Positions 1-10,588 of a stretch of DNA of 64,000 nucleotides are shown here, one piece after another. This stretch comes from Rebecca billardiae RCC1528 (taxonomy: Eukaryota; Protista; Haptophyta). The notes under the pieces were generated by a model. It was not told the DNA's origin. It saw only the letters and a program-made list of their open reading frames with translations, and made no database searches. Position numbers and translations under genes: made by a program. Location: the NCBI GenBank assembly GCA_965240325.2, contig OZ251245.1, positions 186,001 through 250,000 on the forward strand, written 5' to 3'. Every line of letters begins with the position of its first letter. Positions within the stretch are counted from its first letter, which is position 1.

Positions 1-1
1 G

Positions 2-3000
2 CTGTGCGCGCTGCCGTGGCCCACGCTGCTGCGTCGGCTGCACGAGGCAGCGTCGCGGCGGACACCGGCCGCGCGCCGCGCGACCGGCAGCGGCGGCGGC
101 GGCGGCTCAGCGGGCGCGGCGGCAGACTCAAGCGCAGACCCGCCGTACCCGACGAGTGGTGCGGGCGCGGCGGCAGCGGGTGGCGGCGGCGGGGAGACCG
201 CCAAGGCGGACGCGCCGCTGGAGGTGGTGTCGCTGCTGGCGGCCATCGAGACGCGGTCGCGCACTGGGCCGGGCGCGCGGCGCGCGGCCGCCGACGCCGG
301 CGCCGTCCGCGCCGTCGTCGGCACGCTGACACTCACTACTAGCAACGCGAGCGCGCAGGCGGCGGGGCTGCACGCGCTGTGCTCTCTGTGCTCGCGGCAG
401 CGCGCGGCGGAGGCGGCCGCGGGTGGTTCGAGCGCCGGCGGCAGCGGCGGGGCCGCGCAGGGTGCGCGCTCGCCGCCCGGCGCCGCCGCCGGTCCGCCAC
501 GACCGTTTGCAGACGATGGCGGCGGCGGCGGCTCGGGCGACGAGGGTGCCAGCGAGCGTCAGCGCGCGGCGCGGGCGGTGGGCGCGCCAGCCGTGTGCCT
601 CGCGGCCCTGATGCTGCACGCGGACGCGCCGGAGACCGCCGCCCTCGGCTGCCTGTGCGCAAGCATCGTGATCTCCGGCCCAGGCGCCGCGCCCGACTCG
701 CAGCCGACAGCCGCCGCCGGTGCCGCCGCCGCGCACGGCGGCGCGCCCAGCGGCGGCGCGCACGATGGCGGCGGCGCTGAGGAGGCCGCCCACGAGGCGC
801 TCGGGCTGATCAGCCAGGCGCTGGCGCGGCACAGCGAGCACGCGCGCGTGTGCGCGTGCGCGTGCGCTGCCGTCGCGCGGCTGCTCGGCGCGCGTACACC
901 CGCGGCTTCACTTGAGCTGCGCGCGGCGCGGCTCCGGCGAGCTGAGGCGCTTCGGATTGCTCCGCTGTGCGTCCAGGCCATGCGCGCGCACAGCGGCGAC
1001 AGCGCGGTGCTGGGTGCCGGCGCGAGGGCGCTGCGGCCTCTGCTCGAGCCGTGGCCGGCGTGCACGCCCGTGCTGTGTGCGCCGGGAAGCTGCGCGCTGC
1101 TGCCAACCGCGCCGGGCGCGGCGCCCGCGGGCGGACGCGCGGCGGTGGCGCCCGCGCTCGTCGCGTGGCCGCCTGACACGACCGCCGCTGCCTTCGAGGC
1201 CGCGTGTGCGGCGCTCGGGCGGCGGCGGGCGCACGCGGCGCGCGTGCTGCCCCTGCTGCTGAGCACGCTCGACGCCGCGACGGCGACGACGACGACGGCG
1301 CCGCCGGGGACAGACGCAGACGCTGACATCAGAGCGCTCGGCGCCGCAGACGCGCGCCCGGCGCCCGCGCCGCCCGCCCACGTGGTTGAGGCTTGCGCGC
1401 ACGCGCTCGCGGCGTTGCTGTGCCAGGAGCTGGGTGACAGCCGCGCCGAGGCGGGCGTGCCGGCCCCGCCCGCGGCGAGTGGGCCTGGCGGGACCCGGCG
1501 GGACGAGCCGAGCGGCGGCGGCGGCGCGCGGCCCGGCACGGCAGCGCCCGCAGTCAAGCGCGGCGCGCCAACACCGCCGGCCGCGGGCACGCCTCCGGCC
1601 GCGGCCGCGGATCACGCGCGCTCGAGCGCGCGCGCGCGGGCGCTCGCCGCTCTGGACGGCGGCGCGGCGCGGCTGCTCGTCGCGCTGTGCTGGCAGCACC
1701 TGGGCTCAGGCGCGGTGCTTGAGCCGTGCGCGCGCGCGCTCGCGTGCGCGTGCGGCGCGGATGAGCCGCTGCCGGCACGCCCACTGGACACCGAGTCGCA
1801 GCCGCCGCCGCCGGTGGTGCCAGGCCGGCCGAGCACGTCGCACGGTGGCAAGCACGGCTCGGCGGCGTCGGCGCCGCGGGCGCACGCGCTGCGCCGCGCG
1901 GCCACGGGCAGCAGCGCAGCCATGGCGAGCGCGCGCGCCGCCGCGCCCGCAGGCGCGCTGCGGCGTGCCGGCAGCGGCGCGGGCGGCGGCATGGGCGGCG
2001 CGCGCCAGCCGCCCTCCGCGCTGCCGGCGGCCCCGGGCTCACCTGCCGCGCGCGCGGCGGCGGCAGCAGCAGCGGGCTCCAAGGCCACGCGCGCAGTCGC
2101 TCGCGGGCCGCCCGCGAGCAGCCGCGCCGTCGCGCACGGCGGCACGCCGCCGCACGCCGCCGCAGCGGCCGGCGCCGCGCCGGCCCCACTCGCGGGTCTG
2201 GAGTTGGAGGGCGACCATCAAGCCGGTAGCATGGCCCAGGGAGATGCAATCTCCCTGGGCGTGGCGGAGCAGTGGCGCGAAGCCGCGGCCGAGGCGGGAG
2301 CGCTCCGCGCGCTGTGCGCCGCGCTGGACCACCACTGGGCGCACGCGGGCGTGCACGAGTGGTGCCTCGCCGCCATCGCCGCCGTGTGCTCTGGCACCGG
2401 CGCCGGCTGCCGCGCGAGGCGCGAGCTCGCCGCCATCGCCGGCGTGGTCCGGGCGGCCACGTCCGCGCTCGGCAGCGTGAGTGCGGCGGTGAGCGAGGCG
2501 GGCTGCCGCGTGCTGTGCGCAATGCTCTGCGCCGACCCGGCGGTGCACGACGCCGACCCGCCGTCCGCCGCCATGGGCGCTGCCGCCGACGCCGACGCGG
2601 GCGCAACCGCCGCGCGGCGGCGCGAGGCTGCGCAGGCAGGCGCGCTGCCTGCCCTTGTGTCGCTGATTCAGTCGAGCACAGCCCGTGGCGCGGACGCGGC
2701 AGCCGGCGGCGGTGCCGCCGGCGAGGAGGCGGCGTCGCCGGGCGGCGTGGCGGAGACGGAGCGGCGCGTGGCCCTGGCCACCGCCATCGCCCTGCAGGAA
2801 GCGGCGTGCGCCGCCCTCGGCGCACTCGTGGGCGCGGCCGACCCGGAAGACATGGCGGCGAGCGCGCAGGACAGCACAGACGGCGTGTTGGCGCAGGCGT
2901 CGGCGCAGAGCGCGGCGCAGGCCGAGGCCACGCTCGCGCGTCAGCTGGAGGAGATCGAGATCTCGCGCACCGCCGCCGGGCGCGGCCAGCTGCAGCGCAG

Positions 3001-3250
3001 GCTGCGCGCCGAGGCGATGCGCGCGGGCGCTCACGACGCGCTCATACATCTCCTGCGCACGCACCAGGGGATGGCTCAGAGCGGCGGCATGGCGGCGGGC
3101 GCTGGCACGGCGGACGGCGCGCGTGGGAGCCATTCCATTCGGTGGGCGCGGTGGGAGCAGGAGCTGGCCGTGCGCGAGCGCACCGCCGCACTGGCCGAGG
3201 CCATCTTGCTGGCGCTCAGGCCGCGCTCGCCCGTCCGGCTGCAGGGCTAG
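2..3250 (+). CDS. Ala/Gly-rich armadillo/HEAT-like repeat protein, 5'-truncated
   Basis: The frame is open from nt 2 to TAG at 3250. ARM-like helical units (VHEWCLAAIAAVC, VSEAGCRVLCAML, AAQAGALPALVSLI, LQEAACAALGAL) are separated by low-complexity linkers. Confidence 0.55.
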   Translation: MCALPWPTLLRRLHEAASRRTPAARRATGSGGGGGSAGAAADSSADPPYPTSGAGAAAAGGGGGETAKADAPLEVVSLLAAIETRSRTGPGARRAAADAGAVRAVVGTLTLTTSNASAQAAGLHALCSLCSRQRAAEAAAGGSSAGGSGGAAQGARSPPGAAAGPPRPFADDGGGGGSGDEGASERQRAARAVGAPAVCLAALMLHADAPETAALGCLCASIVISGPGAAPDSQPTAAAGAAAAHGGAPSGGAHDGGGAEEAAHEALGLISQALARHSEHARVCACACAAVARLLGARTPAASLELRAARLRRAEALRIAPLCVQAMRAHSGDSAVLGAGARALRPLLEPWPACTPVLCAPGSCALLPTAPGAAPAGGRAAVAPALVAWPPDTTAAAFEAACAALGRRRAHAARVLPLLLSTLDAATATTTTAPPGTDADADIRALGAADARPAPAPPAHVVEACAHALAALLCQELGDSRAEAGVPAPPAASGPGGTRRDEPSGGGGARPGTAAPAVKRGAPTPPAAGTPPAAAADHARSSARARALAALDGGAARLLVALCWQHLGSGAVLEPCARALACACGADEPLPARPLDTESQPPPPVVPGRPSTSHGGKHGSAASAPRAHALRRAATGSSAAMASARAAAPAGALRRAGSGAGGGMGGARQPPSALPAAPGSPAARAAAAAAAGSKATRAVARGPPASSRAVAHGGTPPHAAAAAGAAPAPLAGLELEGDHQAGSMAQGDAISLGVAEQWREAAAEAGALRALCAALDHHWAHAGVHEWCLAAIAAVCSGTGAGCRARRELAAIAGVVRAATSALGSVSAAVSEAGCRVLCAMLCADPAVHDADPPSAAMGAAADADAGATAARRREAAQAGALPALVSLIQSSTARGADAAAGGGAAGEEAASPGGVAETERRVALATAIALQEAACAALGALVGAADPEDMAASAQDSTDGVLAQASAQSAAQAEATLARQLEEIEISRTAAGRGQLQRRLRAEAMRAGAHDALIHLLRTHQGMAQSGGMAAGAGTADGARGSHSIRWARWEQELAVRERTAALAEAILLALRPRSPVRLQG

Positions 3251-4330
3251 CCGCTGGCAGCTGGGCCGCGGGTGCTGCGCATGCAGCTGCACCCGTCAGA
3301 GACGAGCGCCTGACCCAGTGAGTAGGCCCATGCCACGCCGTCACTATCACCGAGTCACCAAGACTCGGCCCGGCCGCGCGCGTCGTCAGGAGGAGCACGG
3401 AATCGGGACTGGGCCGCGCGGTAAAATATCTACCGTCGGCCCCGGGTTATAGAGCCGCATAATGCGGCATCGGCAGGAGCCAGGCTTCGGGCAGCACTTG
3501 ACGGCCCTGGAGCCGGTCTGCCAGCGCGGCTCGGGCTGGATGCATCTACAACAGGTGCGCAGGTGTACACACTCGCGAGTACGGAAGCAAACACTAGCCG
3601 TTGTCACGCTGCTACCCGCCGAGCAAGTACGAGGCTGCGCATGCGCCGCAGTGCGCCCAAGGGCCAAGCCGCCTGCATGGCACGTGGGCTACTGTCGCGC
3701 GAGGTGCAGCCTGTCGAGCACGTGGTGAGCCTGAACGCGCACCGCGCCGCTGTCTGCGCAATCTGTCTGAAGCTTGCTCCGAGTCCGACGCGTGCAGCAT
3801 GCGCGGACCAACGCCCTTCCCGCCACGCATCACGCAGCCATGGCTGAGCACCCTGCTGGTGAACAGCGAGCACCCCGGCGGCGGAGCACCAGCAGGCCGG
3901 CCGGGGCCGGGCCTGCGACTCAGAAAGGCATCACGGTAATCAGTAACATCACTATGTCGAGATTCCTGCACCGCAGCACATCAAGTCGGGATTATGTTGA
4001 TTGGTGGACTCAGCGCCGCTGGTGATGTGTGAGCGCACATTCGGTGATGTTCTTACCCCGAAGTTGGGAGCTCGACATCACTACAACTTAGGCTGGTTTT
4101 TAGCGTTTCGTAAAGTTCAGTACTGTGTTGGCCGCCGACACTCCCTCGAAAGATGCGGGGGATCGCGAGCGCGCCGAGCTGCGTAATTACGAATCCAACC
4201 TCCTCGCCGGTCAATACCGGTAGCTCGAGAGCGCCCCGTTTGCACCTTGGACCTGAGTCGCTGTGCGTCCCACGACCGGCCGGCCGAGCAGCTTGGTGCA
4301 TCGTACGCGCGTGCTTGCGTCCTCACCGCC

Positions 4331-6461
4331 ATGTCGACATTCAACGCGAGCGGCGACATGCCCTACAACGACGCGGTGGACGACAACCGGCGCAACAACA
4401 ACATCCCGGTCGGCGACCACATGCCGCCGCCTGAGGCCACGCCCAAGAACGGCCGCTCGCGCGCCACGTCGGGAAAGAACTCGCCAAAGCGCAAGCCTGC
4501 CGCGAACGCCGGCATGAACATCGCCCCGACGCCGACCGCTGTCGTGGCGGACATTGAGGCGGCCACGAAGAAGGCCGCCGTGATTGACCCGTGGGAGGGC
4601 GACGGCATGCCCGGCCCGCTCGAGTGGTCGGGCAAGTGGGTGTTCGGCGGCCTCATGATCGACATCAAGCGGCGGCTCAACCCGAAGACGTACATCTCGG
4701 ACTGGACGGACGCGTTCAAGCACGGCAACTTCGCGATGGTCGCGCCGGCGTCGATCTTCCTCTTCTTCGCGTGCTACGCGCCCGCGCTCGCGTTCGGCGC
4801 GCTCTTCGACGTCGCGACCGAGGGCCAGGTGGGCATCATCGAGACGGTGCTCTCGACGGCGATCTGCGGCGTGATCTACGCGCTCTTCTCGGGGCAGCCG
4901 CTCACGATCATGGGCGCGACCGGCCCCGAGCTCGCGTACACCATCGTCTTCTACCAGCTGTGCCAGCAGCTCGGCATCGAGTTCCTGCCCGCGCGCTGGT
5001 GGCAGGGCATGTTCACCGCGCTGATGACCGTCCTGTGCGCCGTGCTCGACTGGTGCGCGCTGATGAAGTACGTGACGCAGTTCACGGAGGAGATCTTCTC
5101 GTCGATCGTCTCGGTGCTCGAGATCGCCGCCGCGCTCACCGCCATCATCCGCATCTTCCTCTCCGACCGCACGCTCGGCACGCAGCTCTTCTCGGCCATC
5201 CTGACCGTGTGCACGTACATCTCGTGCGTCAAGTTCCGCGACCTGCGCGCGTCGGACTGGTTCAACAAGACGTGGCGCAAGCACATCTCGAACTACGGCG
5301 TGGTGATCGTGATCTTCCTGGGCACGCTCATCACCAACCTCGTCATCCCCGCGATGGGCATCACCGACCTGCAGTTCCTCAACGTGCCTGACTCGGTCCG
5401 CCCGACGCTCACGCTCAGCAACGGCCAGCCGCGCCCGTGGATGGTCGACCCGTCGGGCATCGAGAAGCCGTTCCCGGTGCGTGCCACGCCCGCGGCGTGG
5501 CATGCGAGCGGTGGCCGCTGCGTGCCGCCGCCTGCCTCCGCGCACGTCGCCTCGCCCGCTCACACGACCCCTCTCTCCGCCCGCGGCCGCGCGCGCTCGC
5601 CCTGCTCCGCAGTTCTGGGGCGTGTTCCTCACCATCCCGTTCGCTGCCGGCCTGACGATCCTCGGCTACCTCGACCAGAACCTGACGGAGGTGATCGTGA
5701 ACAAGCGCGAGCGCCTCTGGAAGAAGTCGCCCGGTACGCGCACGGTCATTGCGCTGGGGTCGCCGCCCACGCACTCAGCGGCTGCCGCGCAGCGACGGCC
5801 GCACCGCGCGGCACGCGCTGCCCCAACGAGTGCTCACCGCCGTGCCGCCTCGCGCGCCGTGCCCCGACCGCCCGCAGGCTACCACCTCGACCTGTTCGTG
5901 TGCGGCGCGGGCATGTACCCGCTGCTCTCGCTCATCGGCCTGCCCTTCACGCACGCGGCGACCGTGCGCTCGCTCGCGCACGTGTTTGCGCTCACGATCT
6001 ACGAGACGGTCACGGACGAGGAGGGCAACCGCGAGACGCGCATCGTCGGCATGGTCGAGCAGCGCTTCACGCACCTGATTGTGCACCTCTTCATGTTCGT
6101 CTCGCTCGCGCTCACGCCGCTGCTCAAGCTCGTGCCGCAGTACCTGATCATCGGCATCTTCCTCTACCTCGGCATGTCGTCGATCCGCGGCAACAACATG
6201 TTCACGCGCATGTTCCTCTTCGCCACGTGGGAGATGGAAAGGTGGCCGGACGAGGAGTGGGTGGAGCAGCTCGAGGTGCCGACGATCCACAAGTTCACGC
6301 TGCTGCAGCTCGCGTGCTTCGTGGTGATCGTCGTGCTGAGATACGTCGGCGCGGGCGGCGCGATGCCGTTCCTCATCGCCGCGCTCGTGCCCGTGCGGCT
6401 GTACATCGTGCCGCGGCTCTTCGACGAGAAGGACATCGCCGTCCTCGACCCGCGCAAGTAG
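4331..6461 (+). CDS. SLC4: SLC4/HCO3- transporter family protein, copy A (~616 aa)
   Basis: Exons 4331-5476, 5613-5733, 5878-6461 (GT-AG, frame-consistent). Motifs: FGGLMIDIKRR, YISDWTDA, FLFFACYAPALAFG, FSGQPLTIMGATGP, KYVTQFTEEIF, YLDQN, GYHLDL, AATVRSLAH, EQRFT, GIFLYLG. Confidence 0.95.
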
Positions 6462-6719
6462 GCGGCGCGCTCGGTGTTGTTGTGTGGGCGGCGCTGGCCA
6501 GTCGTGCTCCACGGACGTTGATGCCGTGCGGCGTGCGCTCGCCACCCACGAGTTCGGACATCGCGCGTGCTTCCTCGCTCATCAGATCCTTTTGACAGCA
6601 TCAGCGCCATCGCGAGGCGGATTGCGACGGCGCGACTACGACGCAAGCGTGCGCCGACTCGATTGTACATAACGACTACTGCGCTTCAGTCCCGGAAAGC
6701 ACCCTACTATCTATCTATC

Positions 6720-8719
6720 TGTCAAAGGAATCGCCAATCTACAGTGATTTCCGATTTCCAATCCAACATTTTACTCGCAGTCACACAGTGGCGGCGCGAC
6801 CGCTGCGGCGGCGCTCGCACAAAATCCTCCAAAATCAACGACCTGAACCTCATCCTAAAATACAGCAGGACAGCATGGCTGGCGGCGACCTGGCGGCGAC
6901 ATCTCGAAGCATTCCAGATGCTTCTTAGAAATGAACGAAACATGAGCCGATCACACAAAACACGCTGAGCTCACCACCGCAAACAAGAGCCGAAGCTCGT
7001 CGACCGCGACTCGACCGTCAAGCTCAAGACGCGTTCCCTGACATGCTAGCACGGTGCTGGGAGAACTTGGGCAAGGATGGAGACGATGAGAACAGCGGCA
7101 AGGACGTGAACGGCCATCAGCCCGCCCCAGTTGCTCCCCTCATTGGGTTGAAGCCAGGCGTGGCCGAGCGCGCGGCAATGCCGCGCGGCTCATCGGCGGT
7201 TGCGCGCAAGTGCACGCCAGACTACCTCGCCGCTGCCCTGAGGGGCATGCAGGCTGAGAAGAACCGGCAAGGCGAGAAGCTCACGCTTCTCCGCAAGCCC
7301 ATCTCCAGCGCCTCCGGGCCTGGCAACATCGCTGACCTGAACTCAGGCAGCATCGTGTCGTATGCGCGCAATGCTGCATCGCACGCAAGGCCTCGAGCCG
7401 ACATCAAGGATCACCTTGAGGAGGAGGTTCGCGCACAGCGCGGTGAGGAGGAGCGTTGCCGCTCGCATCCCCCGCCATCGCGCCACTCCATCCGCACACA
7501 CGTCGTTGCGCAGGGGATCTCAACAACTACCGCCCGGGACTCTGCGCCCGCGAGCGCGGTTCAAGAGCGCGCGGCTGAGAGCCCGCAGCTCAAGGAGTGC
7601 CTTGCGGCCTCCGAGTCATCGAACGAGGTCACCGAGCGTTCCGGGGCAGATGCAGCGCTCGACGCTGCTGCCGCCGATGCCGCTTTGACCGTCGAGGCCC
7701 TCGAGCCTGCCGACGCTGCTCGGCGTGCTGGCCTTCTGGCCGCCGCCAATGACAGCGCGGTCGTGACCGCAGTCAGTCTGCAGCCTCGCGCGCATGACAC
7801 TGTGTCTGAGTCTGACCGATCGAACGATGACATTAGCGCCGATGAGTGCGACTCTAACGACCCGTATGGTCTGGCAGAGCAAACTATGCTCCAAGATGCT
7901 ACGACGCGTGACTCTGTCACAGCGCCAGCTCAAGCATTAAGTCAGCGGCCGCATTTATTGTTGATGCGCCTGATGACCCAAACAAATACGTTTACCCCAA
8001 AACTACAAGCCTCACGATGGCTTCCGAAGCCGAGCTGCTCGCCACGAGCGACACAAGCAGCCGCGAGATGACCGCCGCAGAGACGGCAGAGTCCTCGTCT
8101 GGCACGTATCGACTCGCGTCGAACGTAGGAAGCGCATACGATGCAGGGGGGGCATCATACATCTGCTTGACGGCAAAGCCGCAGCAAAACCAAGTTGGCG
8201 AGCGCGACGCGCGTGCGCATGCATCAGCTGCGTCAGCCATCACAACGCCACACTCTTGCAAGGAAGAGTATTCCGCCGAAGCTGCCGCGGATGCACATGC
8301 ATCACCGCAGGACAGAACGAGCGTGAAGAAGCCCAAAATCACTCATAATCCAAGCTTAGTCCTCACAGACGAGCGCATATTGGATTGAGGGGGGGTGTCA
8401 AAGGAATCGCCAATCTACAGTGATTTCCGATTTCCAATCCAACATTTTACTCGCAGTCACACAGTGGCGGCGCGACCGCTGCGGCGGCGCTCGCACAAAA
8501 TCCTCCAAAATCAACGACCTGAACCTCATCCTAAAATACAGCAGGACAGCATGGCTGGCGGCGACCTGGCGGCGACATCTCGAAGCATTCCAGATGCTTC
8601 TTAGAAATGAACGAAACATGAGCCGATCACACAAAACACGCTGATCTCACCACCGCAAACAAGAGCCGAAGCTCGTCGACCGCGACTCGACCGTCAAGCT
8701 CAAGACGCGTTCCCTGACA
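6720..8719 (+). mobile_element. Non-autonomous LTR retroelement (TRIM/LARD-like), 2000 bp
   Basis: 324-bp direct repeats at 6720-7043 and 8396-8719 with TGTCA..TGACA termini (one mismatch found by eye). 5-bp TSD CTATC on both sides. PPT GAGGGGGGG precedes the 3' LTR. PBS-like TGCTAGCA follows the 5' LTR. No gag/pol motifs seen. Confidence 0.93.
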
Positions 8720-8786
8720 CTATCTATCACTATCTATCTATCGTCTATCTATTTATAATAATCTATCTCTATCTATCTATCTATAT
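8720..8786. repeat. Imperfect (CTAT)n microsatellite, target of the LTR element
   Basis: CTAT repeats here and at 6707-6719, split by the element. Confidence 0.85.
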
Positions 8787-10588
8787 GTGCGCATAAGCCA
8801 TAACTGTCACACTATAGTCGTTCGGATGGGCTAGTGTCATCTAGCATACACGTACTTAGTAGTTGGCGACGCGCCTCTGCGCATGCGTGCAGTTATTGGG
8901 CCCGCGCCATTATTGCTGAGAGCTGCACAGTGGCCAATGGCGATGCGACTTGTCCCCTCGATGCATGCCCACGGCCACTACAGTACAGTACGCTTTTAAT
9001 GAGTGCACCCATGGATCCGCGAGCAGCTCATGCGCCAACCGGCAACTTACGCTATCATCACGCTGCGAGCGGACGACGTAGAAGCAGTAGCAGTTGACAC
9101 GCGTGACCGCCGCTGAGTCAGCTGCTACAGCGCGTGGTACTTCGCGCTGTCGTCCGTCGTGCTGTCGCGTTACGACGATGACTTCGTCGTCTGACGACGA
9201 GCGAGACTGTCGTCACTTGCGCGTGATGGCGGCAGCCGACTAGCGCTTCGCGGCGCAATCCCGCGCCCGAGCCCGGTGTGCCGCCGTTGCGGTCCGCGCG
9301 TCCGAGATGATCTTTGGATCTCATCCAACGACAATATGCTCTGCGCAACAGTAGCGCGCAGGCGATGAGGAACGACCATCTCGGAGTCGCCACCCACGAG
9401 CTGCTTCTCGTTACGTCGGGATGCTGCGCGCCGCTGTTGCGCCGATGCGGCGTCACTGCCTCGTCGGCTCGGCGACGAGTAGCACCAGCCAGTAGTGCAT
9501 GATGTCTCCGTGGTGATGCATTGCGCGTGCCCGTACTGGCGGGTGCCGTCGTCGGGTTGACGATGACGATGCTGACGACGACGATAGCGCGCGAGCGGCA
9601 GGCGCAGGCAGTGCAGCCCCCGTAGTCGGCTGCAGACGAGCTAGGTGGCGCGACGTGCCATGGCGGCTTGGCAGCAAGCGCAGCGTCCAATCGTGATCAA
9701 CTAGCTCGCCGCAGCTACTACGGCGTTGCAATGCCGATAGGTCCACAGCCACACACTACGCGCCGCGGGGGTGCACCAACACTCCGCGCTCACCGCCGAC
9801 CGTCCATGCATCAAGAGCAGATCTCAACGCGAACGGTCGCGAGCGTGGGGGCCGACGCGCGCTCCTGGCAGCTGTGAGATCGGGGCGTGCCCCATTCCCT
9901 GCGGTGATGCTTGTACACCCCATGTCCCCAGCGCCCATGCGGCGGCCATGGACGCGGTTTGGACGGGTCGCAAGTCGCCGGAGCGGGTTTGGAGGCGCTC
10001 CAGAGATGGCGTGCACCGCACTCCTTAAAAAATGCAGTGACTCCTCATGCTAAACGTTGTAATCCCATCGGTGCCGATGGGCGATTGCAGGGATCCCAGA
10101 CTTGAACCTTCCGAAGCTCGTCGTAGTAGTGTTCCACCCTCAAACCATGCTCGGCTCGCACCGAAGCTTGGCACTCAGAACCATCGGTGATGTTTTACCC
10201 GAGTGATGTGATTGCTGGTATCGCACTCCTAATTGACGGGATGCCGCTACTGATGTCGGTTGGACTAGGGGAATCCTTGCACGCTCTCAACAACCTGTGC
10301 TGCCTCACCGGCCACGGTACGAACACGTCAACAAACTCCAGGTCGAGTGGAGCATCCGAGGTGCGCGCGTCCGTCCTCGCATGCGCGCCCGCACACCCAC
10401 TGCACGCGCGTGCGCACGCGCACCAATCGCGACGGCACCGTGCACAGCACACTCTGCACCCGTTGGTTGTGCTCGCCGTGCACCGTCGACCCGCACTCAC
10501 CTGACTCCCGCCCCACCAACCACGCGCGCAACGCGCGCGCGCGCGCCCATCGACGCATCAGGCCGCGAGCGCACAACCACCTCTCGAA

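Noticed and set aside
4247-6595. SLC4 frameshifted pseudogenes
   Set aside because: The frame change is fully explained by a canonical 136-nt intron in both copies.
8800-10150. Possible gene or transposon between the LTR element and SLC4 copy B
   Set aside because: No coherent ORF, TIR/TSD or tRNA-like structure found by eye.
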